NCBI GenBank assembly: GCA_964514975.1
Contig: CAZESS010000022.1
Location: 1-27,416 of the forward strand
DNA length: 27,416 nt
Reading direction: 5' to 3'
Origin: an uncultured Thermoplasmatales archaeon
GTDB lineage: Archaea; Thermoplasmatota; E2; UBA202; DSCA01
Under the pieces are notes generated by a model. That model saw only the letters and a list, made by a program, of their open reading frames with translations, had not been told where the DNA came from and did not search any database. This document shows, piece by piece, positions 26,242 through 27,416 of the stretch (position 1 is the first letter of the stretch; each line of letters opens with the position of its first letter). The position numbers were made by a program, and so were the translations under genes.

Positions 26242-27416
26242 CTAACAGAACACTCTTTTCCTCCGAAGCAAAGCCACGGCAATGCAGACAGCGACAAGCA
26301 GCAAAACACATTTGAACCCGGGAACAGCATCATCTTGTTCCCGGTCGTTGTCAACGGTGAGCACAATGGACGAAATGTTTGAATATGCATCCCCGTCGGA
26401 GACGCGCACGGATATCGTGTATGCTCCATTTTCATATTCCGTCGTGTTCCATGTATAGCGCCATGATGTGGTCCCGGCAACGGGCGTCCATGCATGGATG
26501 TTTCCGTCGTGCTCTATCTGTATCTCCGGAGCTTGCAGTTTCTCGTTGCCATCTGGATCAGTCACCGTTCCGGTGAAAACAATGGTTCCGTTGACCCGTG
26601 CTCCATCCCGGGGCGACGTTATCCCGACCGACGGCGGACGATTGTTGGACACCGTCACCGGGATGGATACAACATCTGAGTAATCCTTGCCGTCATTGCT
26701 CCGCACCCGAATCGTATGATTGCCGTTTTCCACAGCGGCAGTATCCCAGCGATATGTCCATGACCCCGTTCCGTCTGCCACATCCCATGAACCGTCATCG
26801 ACCCGGACCTCCACGGTCTGCACCGAGCCATTGTCATCCCCGGCTGAGCCTTCGACCACGACGACGCCGGAGACACTGCTGTCATTGGCAGGCGCAGTAA
26901 CTGATACAGTGGGAGGACGGTTGAGGAAGGTAAAGAAGGCAGTAACACTCTTATCCTTTATCATTGTCACTTCAACGGAAGTGCTGGTACCGCTGGAGTC
27001 TCCGCCCCAATGGTCGAACATGTACCCTGGCGACGGACTGGCCGTTACTGCAATCACTGTGCCTGTATCGTAGCTTCCACCCGAGGGGCTCAAACTGACA
27101 GAGCCAGCACCCGGGGGATCAACTGACGTGGCGAGTGTAAATGCATGATGACCAATGTTTACCGTGTGGCTATTGGCGTTGCCCGTCCCGTCATCGTCGA
27201 TGACTGTAAGGATGACCCGATATGCGCCAGCTTCACTGTAACGATGTACAATCTTTTGACCTGAGCACGTGGTCCCGTCACCCAGATTCCATGTCCAGTT
27301 CACGATGGAACCATCTTCATCGCTCGATGTGCTGTTGAAATAGACAGCATCGGTAGCACCAGGACTCACCGGCTCAAACATAAAGCCCGCCGACGGAGCA
27401 ACATTGCTCACCGTAA
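26242..27416 (-). CDS. Cell-surface protein (PKD + InlB-B-like repeat + two Ig-like domains) with PGF-CTERM anchor; 5'-partial
   Basis: PKD (S.D.DG.I..W.W..GDG...H.Y..AG.Y.V.LTV.DDDG), B-repeat (GY.F.HW.GD), two NRPP...W.Y.W.T..ENG repeats and C-terminal VPGF + hydrophobic helix + RRKR. The frame is open to the window end. Confidence 0.88.
   Translation of the reverse strand, partial: TVSNVAPSAGFMFEPVSPGATDAVYFNSTSSDEDGSIVNWTWNLGDGTTCSGQKIVHRYSEAGAYRVILTVIDDDGTGNANSHTVNIGHHAFTLATSVDPPGAGSVSLSPSGGSYDTGTVIAVTASPSPGYMFDHWGGDSSGTSTSVEVTMIKDKSVTAFFTFLNRPPTVSVTAPANDSSVSGVVVVEGSAGDDNGSVQTVEVRVDDGSWDVADGTGSWTYRWDTAAVENGNHTIRVRSNDGKDYSDVVSIPVTVSNNRPPSVGITSPRDGARVNGTIVFTGTVTDPDGNEKLQAPEIQIEHDGNIHAWTPVAGTTSWRYTWNTTEYENGAYTISVRVSDGDAYSNISSIVLTVDNDREQDDAVPGFKCVLLLVAVCIAVALLRRKRVFC

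Noticed and set aside
1-27416. tRNA, rRNA, CRISPR or IS elements
   Set aside because: No cloverleaf with a T-loop motif in the intergenic gaps, no regularly spaced repeats, and no transposase or integrase ORF seen. A covariance-model search would be needed to exclude small RNAs.

Overview
GC-rich archaeal chromosomal window with 28 tightly packed CDSs, the last cut by the right edge. I found no tRNA, rRNA, CRISPR array or mobile element. The gene set includes a thermosome, class I CCA enzyme, NucS, Hjc-like nuclease, long archaeal PheS, cdrS-like RHH gene plus ftsZ2, secreted C25 gingipain-like protease, PGF-CTERM surface protein, IOR and an ADP-forming acyl-CoA synthetase beta subunit. By inference this points to an anaerobic, peptide-fermenting member of the Thermoplasmatota, possibly MBG-D/DHVEG-like. 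Most content is housekeeping, and I cannot support a large new multi-gene system. The best leads are: (i) a PAS-PAS-HisKA protein with an unusual H-box and no ATPase domain; (ii) a flavin disulfide reductase with mycothione-reductase-like rather than lipoamide-dehydrogenase motifs, convergent with msrA; (iii) a HemN-like radical SAM enzyme resembling MenK-type methyltransferases; (iv) a structured cdrS-ftsZ2 control region with a palindrome, a leader hairpin and intercistronic direct repeats; (v) candidate operators at dps and other promoters; (vi) four convergent gene pairs joined TAG-to-TAG with no spacer; and (vii) a local A+C strand-skew anomaly. All family calls come from motif recognition, not database searches.
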